Part shown: in pieces, positions 8,054-18,042 of the stretch | Layout: each line of letters starts with the position of its first letter | How positions within the stretch are numbered: position 1 is the stretch's first letter | IMG/VR virus record: IMGVR_UViG_3300031555_001734 | Origin: an uncultured virus (IMG/VR IMGVR_UViG_3300031555_001734) | Taxonomy: Duplodnaviria > Heunggongvirae > Uroviricota > Caudoviricetes | Strand: one strand, 5' to 3' | Length of the DNA: 64,000 nucleotides | Notes under the pieces: model-generated | The model's database searches: none | What the model was told of the DNA's origin: nothing | The model's input: the letters and a program-made list of their open reading frames with translations, nothing else | Translations under genes and position numbers: made by a program

Positions 8054-8530
8054 ATGCTTAACCACATCACTATCATGGGCCGGTTAACACGTGATCCTGA
8101 GCTGCGCCGCACCGGCAGCGGTGTCGCAGTTGCCAGTTTCACCGTGGCGGTCGACAGGGATTACAGCGGCGGAGACGGTGGCGAACGGGAAACCGACTTC
8201 ATCGACTGTGTCGCCTGGCGCCAGACCGGAGAATTCGTTTCCAAGTATTTCACCAAGGGTCGCATGATCGTCGTTTCCGGCCGGCTGCAGATCAGATCCT
8301 GGAATGACAAGGACGGCAACAAGCGGCGTACCGCTGAGGTTGTGGCGGACAGTTGCTACTTCGGTGACAGCAAGAAGGAATCCACCGGCGGATCCACTGG
8401 AAGCTATAATGCACCGTCCAATTATGGCCCATATTCCGAAACCATGGCTGCTATCAACAGATACACAAGCCCTCCTCCTCAGAGCGACTTCGCCATGTTG
8501 GAGGATGACGACGCTCAGCTGCCCTTCTGA
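8054..8530 (+). CDS. ssb: Single-stranded DNA-binding protein
   Basis: LNHITIMGRLTRDPELR...DFIDCVAWR, acidic C-terminal tail ending LPF. Confidence 0.96.
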   Translation: MLNHITIMGRLTRDPELRRTGSGVAVASFTVAVDRDYSGGDGGERETDFIDCVAWRQTGEFVSKYFTKGRMIVVSGRLQIRSWNDKDGNKRRTAEVVADSCYFGDSKKESTGGSTGSYNAPSNYGPYSETMAAINRYTSPPPQSDFAMLEDDDAQLPF

Positions 8531-8541
8531 GGTAACTGGCT

Positions 8542-9453
8542 ATGGCACAAAGGAGAATGTTTTCTCTTCAGGTGGTCGATACAGATGCGTTTCTGGAAAT
8601 GCCGTTGTCTGCCCAGGCTCTCTACTTTCACCTCGGCATGCGAGCTGATGACGATGGATTTGTAGCAAATGCAAAGAGAATCCTGCGACTCATAAGCGCC
8701 TCGGAGGATGACCTCAGGATCCTTCTTGGGAAACGCTTCTTGATGCCTTTTGATAGCGGAATCGTTGTGATCAAGCACTGGAAGATCTCGAACTACATCC
8801 AGAAGGATCGTTATCGTCCCACTCTGTATAAGGAAGAGAAGTCCCAACTCTTCCTCAAGCCGGACGGCGCTTACACAGATCATTACGGAGAAGGATATAA
8901 ACCCTGCGGACAGCAGATCGTACCTGCTGAAATCCCGGCAGAAACCTCTGATAACACTATGTATCCAGAATGTATACATAGGATAGGAGAGGATAGGTCA
9001 GGAGAGGATAGGTTAGGTCAGGTAAGGTCAGGTAAGGTTAAATCTTTATTTGGTGATGGTGATACGCGCGCAGCCGTGAAATTCATCAGCGAATATTTTG
9101 GGAAAAGGTGTCTGGAACCGAAAGCGTACTTCGGAACCACCGATTCCCTCCTGGAAGAGATAGACAGAATTACGCTGTCGATCTTCGACGGATTGGCAAA
9201 CCGGAAGCCTACAAAAGCGGATGCATCCTCTGTGTTCATAATCATTACAAAGCACGAAGAGGATCCCACAACAAAGGAAATAACCAGGCGGATCGACAAG
9301 GATGCCCTGGATCTGCTTCTGTATGCCTTTGAACAGGCTGTGCTTGCTGGAACCCCAGGTAATTGGAACTACATCAATGGAGTTCTGGCTCGATTGGCTC
9401 AGCGAAATATCACTAACTTAACTGATGCTGAAATGTATGACATAGATAGATAG
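8542..9453 (+). CDS. Phage replication initiator (replisome organizer)
   Basis: MAQRRMFS...DAFLEMPLSAQALYFHLGMRADDDGFV N-terminal domain; internal iteron-like repeats; DnaD-like NWNYI.GVL C-terminus. Confidence 0.88.
   Translation: MAQRRMFSLQVVDTDAFLEMPLSAQALYFHLGMRADDDGFVANAKRILRLISASEDDLRILLGKRFLMPFDSGIVVIKHWKISNYIQKDRYRPTLYKEEKSQLFLKPDGAYTDHYGEGYKPCGQQIVPAEIPAETSDNTMYPECIHRIGEDRSGEDRLGQVRSGKVKSLFGDGDTRAAVKFISEYFGKRCLEPKAYFGTTDSLLEEIDRITLSIFDGLANRKPTKADASSVFIIITKHEEDPTTKEITRRIDKDALDLLLYAFEQAVLAGTPGNWNYINGVLARLAQRNITNLTDAEMYDIDR
8960..9040 (+). repeat. Putative replication origin: TGTATMCA pair plus a 5-nt periodic AGGnn array
   Basis: atgtatcca/atgtataca followed by 12 AGG units spaced every 5 nt (8980-9037) inside the initiator gene. 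Confidence 0.6.
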
Positions 9454-9457
9454 GAGA

Positions 9458-9790
9458 ATGAAAATGGAAAAGGTCGGTGCAAAGATTACTCCTGTAGAGA
9501 CAGGTTATGAAATGGACGACGAACTGAAGGCGATCATGAAGGGTCGTTATGAGGACATGAGCGATAAGTTCACACCGGAGGCTCAGCAGGAGCGGAGAAA
9601 CAACCGACTCAGATACACCGTGAGCATCTCCTGTTTTTGTCTGCTGCTCAGCAACTTTATGTTGTGGGCATGCTGCAAGGGGCTGATGGATGTCGTAGTC
9701 GTCCTTCTTGGATACGCTGTCTGCATGATGGTGATTGGTTACAACATCGGCGTGTGCGTTTGCCACAATAAGGGCTGGCGGGGCGCTTAA
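9458..9790 (+). CDS. Small membrane protein (2 TM)
   Basis: Two hydrophobic segments; AGGAG SD. Confidence 0.6.
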   Translation: MKMEKVGAKITPVETGYEMDDELKAIMKGRYEDMSDKFTPEAQQERRNNRLRYTVSISCFCLLLSNFMLWACCKGLMDVVVVLLGYAVCMMVIGYNIGVCVCHNKGWRGA

Positions 9791-10650
9791 TGGGTGTCCG
9801 GGCAAGAAATGAGCACCAGCGCAATGTCCTGAAAAAGCTGGACTCTCTCAGTGGACGATATTCCAGATACCAAGTCTACTCGGATTTTGTGATTCTTTCC
9901 GCACTGCAAATAAGCAATGCGGTAGATCTGCTGAATAAGCCAGAGCGGATGAAACAAGCCCGTCTGATCGAGGAAAAGTACAGCAAAGCCGAGTTAAGAG
10001 TTCTGGCTGAAATGTTCGACGAAATCGTGCAGGGACTCGAAAAGGATTCAGACCAAGACTTCCTCGGGGAACTGTTCATGATGTGCGAGTTCGGCAGCGA
10101 TGCCCACGGCCAGTTCTTTACTCCGTACTCTGTTTGCTCGGCTATGGCAAGACTTAATTCGGCCGAGGATATTGCGGAAAAGATTGAAAAGCAAGGGTAT
10201 GTATCTGTGAACGATTGCGCCTGCGGTGCCGGTGCTACATTGATTGCCTTTGCAAACTACTGCCTTTCCAGAAATATCAACTATCAGCTGCACGTACTGT
10301 TCATAGCTCAGGATATTGATTTTCTGACCGCCTGCCAGTGCTACATCCAAATGTCCCTTCTTGGAATGCCTGGGTATGTGGCTGTTGGTGATACGCTTGT
10401 GGATCCGAGCACGTCGGTAGATGACCGGGGTCTGATCCCGACCAAACCAGGACGGTGCTTCTTCACACCGATGTTCTTCTCTATGGCATGGACCGGCCGG
10501 AAACTGATCGCTCGGATGGCTTGGGAAGAGAAACGATTCAGAACAACGATGGAAGGTATGTGTGCAAACATACCGACCGAAGAAAAACCCGAACCAGAGG
10601 AGGCTCCCGAACTGAAAGAGTCCCAAGGAGGACAGCTTTCTCTGTTCTGA
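9790..10650 (+). CDS. N6-adenine DNA methyltransferase-like protein
   Basis: DFLGELF, GQFFTP, VNDCACGAG (SAM-binding motif I), QDID, GDTL; canonical NPPY/F not seen. Confidence 0.75.
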   Translation: MGVRARNEHQRNVLKKLDSLSGRYSRYQVYSDFVILSALQISNAVDLLNKPERMKQARLIEEKYSKAELRVLAEMFDEIVQGLEKDSDQDFLGELFMMCEFGSDAHGQFFTPYSVCSAMARLNSAEDIAEKIEKQGYVSVNDCACGAGATLIAFANYCLSRNINYQLHVLFIAQDIDFLTACQCYIQMSLLGMPGYVAVGDTLVDPSTSVDDRGLIPTKPGRCFFTPMFFSMAWTGRKLIARMAWEEKRFRTTMEGMCANIPTEEKPEPEEAPELKESQGGQLSLF

Positions 10651-10668
10651 TACGAAAGGAGATGCCTC

Positions 10669-12093
10669 ATGGCAGATATTGTAATGATCCCGGTGGCACA
10701 ACTTCATCCCCACCCGGATAACCCCAGAAAAGAGCTTGGAGACCTCACCGAGCTTGCGGATAGCATCCGTGAAAACGGAGTGTTTCAGAACCTCACCGTA
10801 ATTCCTGGACATTGGATGACTCAGGAAGAATGGAAGGATATCAGCGCACAGTACAAAGAAAACCCCACCGAAGAACTCCGCATGAAGATGAACCAGAAGT
10901 GGCTCGATACCGAGTACACCGTGGTCATCGGTCACCGCCGGAGTGCAGCTGCTAAGTTGGCCGGCTGCATGGAACTGCCCTGCATGATCGCTGACATGGA
11001 TCGCAAAAAGCAGATTACTACCATGGCTCTGGAAAATATGCAGAGAACCGACCTGACCGTTTTTGAGCAGGCGCAGTGCTTCCAGATGATGATTGATATG
11101 GGCCAGACCGAGGAGGAGATCTCCACGGCAACCGGCTTTTCCAAGGCTACCATCAAGCGCCGCCTGAAGATGGCAGAGCTGGACCAGCGTGTACTGAAGG
11201 AAGTCTCCAATCGGCAGATCTCCCTGGGTGATTTTGACAGCCTCGCCAAGATCGACAGCATGGAGGAACGAAATAAGGTTCTTCAGCATATTGGTACTCC
11301 TAACTTCAAGATGGAGTACGAGAGATCTTTCAAGCGGCAGCAGATCGCAAAGAAGCTCCCCTCGGTAAAGGCTGCTCTGAAACAGGCTAAGGCGAAGAAG
11401 CTTGAACAGCGTGACACGTGGTATGGCAAATATACGGAAATCTGCAGTGCGGAAGTAAATATCCACGAACTTGCTGATGATGCGAACATCATTCCTACGA
11501 GTGATGAGAAGTTGTTCTACTATCTGGATGAAAGCAGCGGCAGGCTGCGGTTCTACAATGAGGTAAAGAGGGCCGCTCCGGTCAAGCGTCCGCAGGAAGA
11601 AATCGACCGGGAAAAGGCCATCAAGTTAGCACATGAGGAACTGGAAGAGCTGGACAGCATCACCAGAAAACTGAGAGAATCTTTTGTCAAAGAGCTGCGC
11701 TACACTTCCAAAAACGGGGTTCAGATGATCAAGGGTGCCGTGGATGCCTGCATTTGCAGTGCGTTCATCTACAACTCCATGAGCTCACAGAAACTGTTTG
11801 ATGCTGTAGGACTGGAAAGAAAGTACAACGATGCCGAAAAGTGGGAGCTGTTCCAGTTGCTTGAACAGCACACGGACAGAGAGGTGCCGTTGGTAATCTA
11901 TTTGGCATTCTGTGACACGAATGAGATTTACCACACGAACTATAAGTCCGATTGGCCCCGGTACCAGAAGAATCTCCGACTGGAAAAGCTGTATGACTGG
12001 CTTATTTCCCTGGGCTATGTAATGAGTGATGACGAGCGGGCTCTGAAAGACGGTACCCATGAACTGCTCCACCGTGGCGAGGTGAAGGCGTGA
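10669..12093 (+). CDS. ParB/RepB/Spo0J-family protein
   Basis: HPDNPRK, LADSI.ENGV.QNLTV, IGHRR, ENMQR.DL, HTH. Confidence 0.88.
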   Translation: MADIVMIPVAQLHPHPDNPRKELGDLTELADSIRENGVFQNLTVIPGHWMTQEEWKDISAQYKENPTEELRMKMNQKWLDTEYTVVIGHRRSAAAKLAGCMELPCMIADMDRKKQITTMALENMQRTDLTVFEQAQCFQMMIDMGQTEEEISTATGFSKATIKRRLKMAELDQRVLKEVSNRQISLGDFDSLAKIDSMEERNKVLQHIGTPNFKMEYERSFKRQQIAKKLPSVKAALKQAKAKKLEQRDTWYGKYTEICSAEVNIHELADDANIIPTSDEKLFYYLDESSGRLRFYNEVKRAAPVKRPQEEIDREKAIKLAHEELEELDSITRKLRESFVKELRYTSKNGVQMIKGAVDACICSAFIYNSMSSQKLFDAVGLERKYNDAEKWELFQLLEQHTDREVPLVIYLAFCDTNEIYHTNYKSDWPRYQKNLRLEKLYDWLISLGYVMSDDERALKDGTHELLHRGEVKA

Positions 12094-12530
12094 TGTACAT
12101 CCATTATGGCGGGAACCGGTTCGATCCCGATAAGTTTGAGCCTATCGCAAATGCTCCGTACTTCAATAAGCCGAATGGTGGTCTGTGGGCAAGCCCTGTA
12201 GAAAGCAAATTCGGATGGAAGCAGTGGTGTGAGGCAGAGAATTACAAGTCCTATCTTGATGAGGATTCGTTTTGCTTCTCTCTCAAGGATGGAGCAAAGA
12301 TCCTGCGGATCGATACCATGGAAAAGGCGAATAACCTTCCTCTGCAAACCACGGATATGGATTCCCCAATCATCCATTTCTATGACTTTGAACAACTGAT
12401 GGCAGACGGCGTGGATGCGGTGGAGTACATCGTTTCTGCCTGTCCTCAGCTGTACTGGGAAATGTATGGATGGGACTGTGACTGCGTTATTGTCCTGAAT
12501 CCGGATGCGATCGTGCCGGAGGTGAGTTGA
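12090..12530 (+). CDS. Hypothetical protein (possible ART-like fold)
   Basis: YIHYG...NKPNGGLWASP...YGWDCD; coupled ORF. Confidence 0.55.
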   Translation: MMYIHYGGNRFDPDKFEPIANAPYFNKPNGGLWASPVESKFGWKQWCEAENYKSYLDEDSFCFSLKDGAKILRIDTMEKANNLPLQTTDMDSPIIHFYDFEQLMADGVDAVEYIVSACPQLYWEMYGWDCDCVIVLNPDAIVPEVS

Positions 12531-12973
12531 TGCCTCATTATCAGAGTATTTACGATGTCCCAAATCCAGAGGACTGTTATTCCAATAAGTGTATAAATGG
12601 CAAGTGTACCCATTGCGGTGAGTGCTGCGCAGATCTCCTTCCTTTGACAAAGGGTGAAGTGGAGATTCTGAAACGGTATGCCAAGAAGCACAACCTGAAG
12701 GAGCACCGGCAGGCACCTTTCTGGGATCCCAAGGCAACGGATCTGACCTGCCCATTCCGAAATCAGCAGACACAGCGCTGCGATGTATATTCCGCCAGGC
12801 CGCTGATCTGCAGATCGTTCATCTGCTCCAAAGAGCTTATGCAAGCGCATGCTGACCGAGACAAGATCGCAAAGGACAGAAAGATTTACTCCCTACGATG
12901 GGAGATCTTCGGGAACCCTGAGTGTCTGGATCTTCTTGCACAGGTTTGCATGAAGGCGGCGGGGTTGGCATGA
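12527..12973 (+). CDS. YkgJ/CxxCxxCC Fe-S cluster protein
   Basis: CTHCGECC, CPF, C.VY..RP.ICR.F. Confidence 0.85.
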   Translation: MMPHYQSIYDVPNPEDCYSNKCINGKCTHCGECCADLLPLTKGEVEILKRYAKKHNLKEHRQAPFWDPKATDLTCPFRNQQTQRCDVYSARPLICRSFICSKELMQAHADRDKIAKDRKIYSLRWEIFGNPECLDLLAQVCMKAAGLA

Positions 12974-14205
12974 AACGAGGGAGAAAACCGAATCCACCGA
13001 AGAAGCCAACGAGATCCAAAAAACATTGGACTGCTGAGGATGAACGCTATTTGGAGGACAGCTGGGGGACGGTATCTATACCCGGCATAGCCAGACACCT
13101 TGGTAGATCTGTGGATGCAGTTAAGATCCGTGCGCAAAGGCTAGGCCTCGGACCTGCTCTGATGGGCGGCGACTATGTTTCTTTGAACCAGCTGTTAAAG
13201 GTATTCTACGGTACCCGTGGAAGCTCCGGATACGTTCGGAAAAGCTGGGTGGAAGAGCGTGGTCTTCCTGTACATACCAAGCAAGTGGTGCATAACAAAT
13301 TCCTGGTGGTCTATCTGGATGAGTTCTGGAAATGGGCCGAGAAAAACCGCTCGTTTCTGGATTTCTCCAAAATGGAACCCTACGCCCTGGGCCAAGAACC
13401 TGCGTGGGTAGCAGATCAAAGAAAACGGGATCACAGAGGCTTTGCAATTCAGCGGAAAGATCCGTGGACAAGCGCTGATGATAGCCGGCTGATCATGCTG
13501 GTACAGCAGCACAAATACGGATATGCAGAACTATCCCAAATGCTTCGGAGATCTGCCGGAGCGATCCAGAGAAGATTGCAGGATCTGGGAGTAAAGGAAC
13601 GGCCTGTTAAGGCGGATGCTCATGGAGCAGACAGCAAATGGACGGAGTCTGACTTTTAGATCCTGGCTGACGGTATCCGTCACGGTGAAGGTTACATGGC
13701 GATCGGGGAACTGATCGGCAAGTCGGAAAAGGCTATCCGAGGAAAGGTGTACTTCGTTTATCTGACCGAGAATGCGGACAAGGTTCGCAAGATGATGGGC
13801 GATGGCCCTTGGGGATCCGGAGCACCGGAACCACTCGTGAGGCAGGCGGTTCATTTGTCCCGGACGAGAACCGAAACAAAGGATCTGCTCGAACGGCTTT
13901 GTGGTGTTCTACGTTATAGAACACAGAACATGAAAAACGACTTCTATGACTGCTATTTCCAGAGAGCTATGTGCCAGAACTGGAGCGTAAAGCACAATCG
14001 CTGCATGGCAAATTGTGATGACTGCGACTCCTGTACAGAATTTATCCGGATCAAACCACAGTATTGCGTTCGGTGCGGAGCAACGTTCTTTGAAAGAGAA
14101 GAAAATCGCCGGTGTCAGGCATGCCGGGTTGCCAGAAAGAGAATGGCAGCAAGAAAATACCGGCACCTCTATGGCGGTGCCGCACCGAAGGAGGTTAAAA
14201 AGTGA
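12970..14205 (+). pseudogene. Multi-HTH (Myb-like repeat) regulator interrupted by one in-frame TAG at 13657-13659
   Basis: ORFs 12970..13659 and 13696..14205 share a frame; the third WT..D..L repeat reads straight through the stop (WTESDF*ILADGIR). Confidence 0.7.
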
Positions 14206-14753
14206 ACGAGGTAATTCTTACCCAGGAGCAGTTTGATTACGTGGTACAGCTTGCGGCCAATACCGCTCTGGATCGTTATGACGAGGAACGGCAGCGGGAG
14301 GCAAAAGAACTCTTCGATAGCCGACTGCGCAATACGAAACTGCTCCTCAGAAACTACAGGCTTTTCAAGGCCCATGTTTCCAACGCTGTGTACGAAGCAA
14401 AAATCGCCGAGAACCCGCTGGACATCCTTCGGGACTTGATGATGCCGGGCAGAGATGGCCGGATGATTGTGGAGAGTATCAAACGCTCCACAGCCAGAAC
14501 AGCCATCATCGTTGAGCACATTGAAACCATGATGAAGATCTACCAGGCATATTGCCTGGCCAGCGGTGGAAGCGAAGACCTCCGGCGGTGGCGGGTGGTA
14601 GATAGTCTTTATATCAGCGACCAGAAAATGTCGGCTGCTGACCTTGCAGTGGCTGAGGGAGTGGTAGAGCGGACGATCTACAAGGATATTGACGCTGCCT
14701 GCGATACAATCGCCCCTCTGATGTTCGGCATTGACGGCATCAGGAAACGGTGA
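14202..14753 (+). CDS. Putative late transcriptional activator (ArpU/RinA-like, C-terminal HTH)
   Basis: RL.NTKLLL.NY and C-terminal ...LAVAEGVVERTIYKDI..A...LMFGIDG. Confidence 0.65.
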   Translation: MNEVILTQEQFDYVVQLAANTALDRYDEERQREAKELFDSRLRNTKLLLRNYRLFKAHVSNAVYEAKIAENPLDILRDLMMPGRDGRMIVESIKRSTARTAIIVEHIETMMKIYQAYCLASGGSEDLRRWRVVDSLYISDQKMSAADLAVAEGVVERTIYKDIDAACDTIAPLMFGIDGIRKR

Positions 14754-14757
14754 CGGT

Positions 14758-15177
14758 ATGGCATTCAGAATTGAAAGCCTTGCAGATCTGCCGGAGAAAT
14801 ACCGGGAACAGGTGGCGAAAGCTGTCGTCTCGCAGCAGAAGAAAAGCAAGTACGGCAATGTAAAAACTGAGGTCAATGGCATCAAGTTCGATTCTCAGAA
14901 AGAGGCTCGTAGGTACCAGACGCTGATGCTCGCACAGAAAAGCGGACTCATTCGGGATCTCCGGCTTCAGCATGAATTTACATTGCAGGAAGCGTACACC
15001 ACCTGTACGGGCAAGAGGATCAGGGCGATTAAATACCGAGCTGACTTCACCTACTACATGGCTGACGGAGACTCTATGGTGATCGAGGATGTTAAGTCCA
15101 AGGGTACCAAGACCAAGGAATACGAGCTCAAGAAGAAACTCATGGCCGATAAAGGCTACACCATTTTGGAGGTATGA
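14758..15177 (+). CDS. DUF1064-family PD-(D/E)xK endonuclease
   Basis: SKYGN.K...GIKFDS.KEA.RY, Y.ADF.Y, IEDVK. Confidence 0.85.
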   Translation: MAFRIESLADLPEKYREQVAKAVVSQQKKSKYGNVKTEVNGIKFDSQKEARRYQTLMLAQKSGLIRDLRLQHEFTLQEAYTTCTGKRIRAIKYRADFTYYMADGDSMVIEDVKSKGTKTKEYELKKKLMADKGYTILEV

Positions 15178-15380
15178 CAATGCGCAACCGAATTTGGTTG
15201 CTATTGGCATTCGCAACCGTTTTAGGTTGCGTTTCCGGTCTGATAGCAACAGAAAAACGGAAGATGAAATACGCTGTGGAGCCGGGCGGTTTCTGCCCTG
15301 CCTGCGGTAACCCCGTGTTCGATAAGCGCCGTCGTTGCGGATCCTGCGGCGAACGGCTGATCTGGAGAAAGGAGCAGTAA
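15174..15380 (+). CDS. Small membrane-anchored zinc-ribbon protein
   Basis: Hydrophobic N-terminus; CPACG...CGSCG..L.W. Confidence 0.55.
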   Translation: MTMRNRIWLLLAFATVLGCVSGLIATEKRKMKYAVEPGGFCPACGNPVFDKRRRCGSCGERLIWRKEQ

Positions 15381-15740
15381 ATGATTCAGCAAAATGGATT
15401 CAAGGCATTCCGGGGTGTGATGCGGATTACACCTGTAAACCCGGATTTCAAGCCTTTTGACCTGGAATCTGACTGGGTGTATGTGCCTGAGTATGACTGC
15501 TGGTACGGCGGTGGCCGTTCCTTCGTCAGCCGGTGCTGCACGGTTATTTCGGAACACGACATCGTGAAACCCGAGGACAAATCCCTGGTCCTCTGCATGA
15601 ACAAGGATGGTGTGTGGGAGGAAAAGAAAGAACCCTACATGACCGTCGAGTGCATGCGCAAGGAAGATTTTGAGTGGCTGGTGGATGCCATCGCACGCAA
15701 GCGGCAGGAGGAAGGCAATGGAACTGATAAGGATTCTTGA
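15381..15740 (+). CDS. Hypothetical protein
   Basis: AAGGAG SD; coupled ORF. Confidence 0.6.
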   Translation: MIQQNGFKAFRGVMRITPVNPDFKPFDLESDWVYVPEYDCWYGGGRSFVSRCCTVISEHDIVKPEDKSLVLCMNKDGVWEEKKEPYMTVECMRKEDFEWLVDAIARKRQEEGNGTDKDS

Positions 15741-16266
15741 GGCGCTTGAGCGTTATACCGAGGATACTGTGGCCTATAAGCTGGATGCTACCTTTGCTCA
15801 TGCTGTTTCCGAGGCCGCGGCCATTCTGGTTGCTCAGGGTGAGACAATTGCTGATCTGGAAGCAGAAGCGAAAAAGCGTGAAGAAACCGTGATCAGCCTT
15901 CGGAAGAAGTGGCAGGAGGCGGAAACGCTTATCTGCTCCATGTGTGGTCACTGGAACCACAAACAGGACGGCAACGTTCTTTACGGCAATATGGACTGCG
16001 GAGAAATCGTCGGCTATCCCTGCTGTCAGAAGTTCTCGCCCTGGATTCCTGTGTCTGAGCGGGTACCGGAAACGGTTCCTTGCAATGCCGGAACGGAATA
16101 TTCCGAAGCTGTGATTGTGTGGACATCTGGAAGTAAAGCGATGGTAGCAGTCTGGAATGGACATAAGTTCCTGTGCGCTGCTAGCTATTGGGAGGCTTGG
16201 GATGAGGAGATCACCCACTGGGCACCGCTGCCAAGACCGCTTCCTGCATTGACTAAGGAGGAATAA
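15718..16266 (+). CDS. DUF551-domain protein
   Basis: WIPVSERVP...ITHWAPLP.P. Confidence 0.7.
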   Translation: MELIRILEALERYTEDTVAYKLDATFAHAVSEAAAILVAQGETIADLEAEAKKREETVISLRKKWQEAETLICSMCGHWNHKQDGNVLYGNMDCGEIVGYPCCQKFSPWIPVSERVPETVPCNAGTEYSEAVIVWTSGSKAMVAVWNGHKFLCAASYWEAWDEEITHWAPLPRPLPALTKEE

Positions 16267-16269
16267 GAC

Positions 16270-16887
16270 ATGGCAATGGATAAAGTAATTCTCGATTCTG
16301 GGGATCGCACAGTCTTTGAAACAGGCGCGGTACGAGATATGCAGAAGGGCAAAGGCCGCTGCGATCTGCTGCCCCTGGATGTGGTGACTGCCTATTTCGA
16401 CAATATCGGAATTGGAGATAAGTGCCTTGCGGCGATCGAGAGGTTCCAGGCACACGGAGATACAAACTATCTGCTTGATGCGCTGGAAAGCTTCTGCACA
16501 CTCCGTTGGCAGCACAATCATGTGACCATGTTCCTTGAGGTGTCGAAGCACTTCGAGGCTGGTGCAGAAAAGTATGGCGAACGCAATTGGCAAAAAGGAC
16601 TGCCGGCGAACTGCTACATCAACTCTGCGGTCAGACATTATTTTAAGTTCAGCCGAGGAGACGAGGATGAGGCGCATGATCTTGCCTTTGTCTGGAACCT
16701 CATGGCCTGCGTATGGACCTGCACAAATAAGCCTGAGCTGAACAGCTATGCAGGTAAGAAGTGCCTGGTCTGCGGATGCACCATTCCTACTGGAAAGAAG
16801 GAGTGTCCCAACTGCCGGGTTTTCGCAGGTATTCCCGGGGATGACTCTGAGTTCATGGGAGAGTACGAGGAGGAAAACTATGGCTGA
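16270..16887 (+). CDS. dATP/dGTP diphosphohydrolase (DUF5664-like)
   Basis: FETGAVRD...GKGRCDLLP, GAEKYGERNWQKG, SAVRH, H.....WN. Confidence 0.8.
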   Translation: MAMDKVILDSGDRTVFETGAVRDMQKGKGRCDLLPLDVVTAYFDNIGIGDKCLAAIERFQAHGDTNYLLDALESFCTLRWQHNHVTMFLEVSKHFEAGAEKYGERNWQKGLPANCYINSAVRHYFKFSRGDEDEAHDLAFVWNLMACVWTCTNKPELNSYAGKKCLVCGCTIPTGKKECPNCRVFAGIPGDDSEFMGEYEEENYG

Positions 16888-17173
16888 TGAAGTTAAGGAC
16901 ATCCGGAAAACTCCTTATGCCGAATGGCTTGAGGAAATGTGCAAATCTGTGATGGAGTATAAGCCTGAGAAAATGGGTATCTGCATGGTCATGGAGGACG
17001 GTACTGTCCTTACCGGCTATTACGGGGAGCTCTACCCTCAGGACAAGGCGATGATGGCGTATCACATGAACACCGATGCCATTTTCGACACCATCAAAGT
17101 TAACGCCAAGATGATTCTGGATGCTGCAGAGGAACAGGAGGAAAACCCGGATGCAGAACCCGATGACGATTGA
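16880..17173 (+). CDS. Hypothetical protein
   Basis: GGAGG SD; coupled ORF. Confidence 0.6.
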   Translation: MADEVKDIRKTPYAEWLEEMCKSVMEYKPEKMGICMVMEDGTVLTGYYGELYPQDKAMMAYHMNTDAIFDTIKVNAKMILDAAEEQEENPDAEPDDD

Positions 17174-17333
17174 GGAAGCAATTCGGATCCTGGATCCTGC
17201 GACGACCGGTGAGGCTCTGGCGGAGATCGAGTACTACAACGGATTCTCCGGACACACGGCCTGCGTACAGGCTGTATCCGATGCCTGTGAGATCGCCGTG
17301 GCGATTATGAAGGAGAAGCTGGAGGGCGCATGA
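17151..17333 (+). CDS. Small hypothetical protein
   Basis: MTIEEAIRILDP.T...EA...A motif; AGGAGG SD. Confidence 0.55.
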   Translation: MQNPMTIEEAIRILDPATTGEALAEIEYYNGFSGHTACVQAVSDACEIAVAIMKEKLEGA

Positions 17334-17457
17334 AAAAAGTAATGTCAAAAGTAATGACTTTCCTGGATGATGTGTTCTCTCTGATTGCTCTTGTTGTATG
17401 CCTGTTTCTGCTTGCTTGCCTGGATCCGAAAGGTGAAACGATGTGGGAGGATGAACC

Positions 17458-18027
17458 GTGAAGGTAACGATTGAAAAACCCAAGATTATCACCCTGCTTT
17501 ACCGGCAGGAGAAGGACGATAAGGATTATGGATCCTGCCTGTGGGCCAGATTCTATCTGGACACAGAGAACTACACCATGGCAATCGAATCCGACTGCGG
17601 TAATTATTCCTACGGTTGGGTTCCTACCCCGAACAGTGAGTCGTTTTTACAGCTGCTGGCTCGCATGGGCGTGGATTATCTGCTCAATAAGATTTCTTCC
17701 CAAACGGTGGTGGACGGTGAAGCCACTTGGAAGGCTGTCGAAGAATATATGCAGGAAGCCGCTGCCTATGAAGGTGTGTCATTGGATGCGGACGAGTGGG
17801 AGAGCATCAAGGATGCCTGTCACGCCAGCAACAACAATCAGGAGATCCTGGACGAGTTGGAGGATGCCACACCCTTTGCACTCTGGCGGGAACTGGACCA
17901 TGAGTGGTTGTGGGGCCTGATCGAGAAAGATTATTCTGCTCAGGCGAAGAAAATCGGATCGATCTTTGATACATGCATCAGACCCAAAATCAAGGAACTG
18001 TTGGCAGAGGAAACTGCCGAAAACTGA
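17458..18027 (+). CDS. Hypothetical protein
   Basis: GGAGG SD before GTG; I.SDCGNYSY.W motif. Confidence 0.6.
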   Translation: MKVTIEKPKIITLLYRQEKDDKDYGSCLWARFYLDTENYTMAIESDCGNYSYGWVPTPNSESFLQLLARMGVDYLLNKISSQTVVDGEATWKAVEEYMQEAAAYEGVSLDADEWESIKDACHASNNNQEILDELEDATPFALWRELDHEWLWGLIEKDYSAQAKKIGSIFDTCIRPKIKELLAEETAEN

Positions 18028-18042
18028 AAGGAGAACAACTAC

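Noticed and set aside
10048..11466. Long minus-strand ORFs (e.g. 10048..11466, 15544..16902, 29353..30489, 39085..40122, 56311..57654)
   Set aside because: Antisense shadows of codon-biased plus-strand genes, with no recognisable motifs.
13657..13659. Genome-wide TAG recoding (genetic code 15)
   Set aside because: Only one in-frame TAG was found; several genes end normally in TAG; late genes are unbroken; no suppressor tRNA.
16270..16887. 2-aminoadenine (Z-genome) pathway
   Set aside because: No PurZ, no HD-domain dATPase and no phage DNA polymerase are visible in the window.
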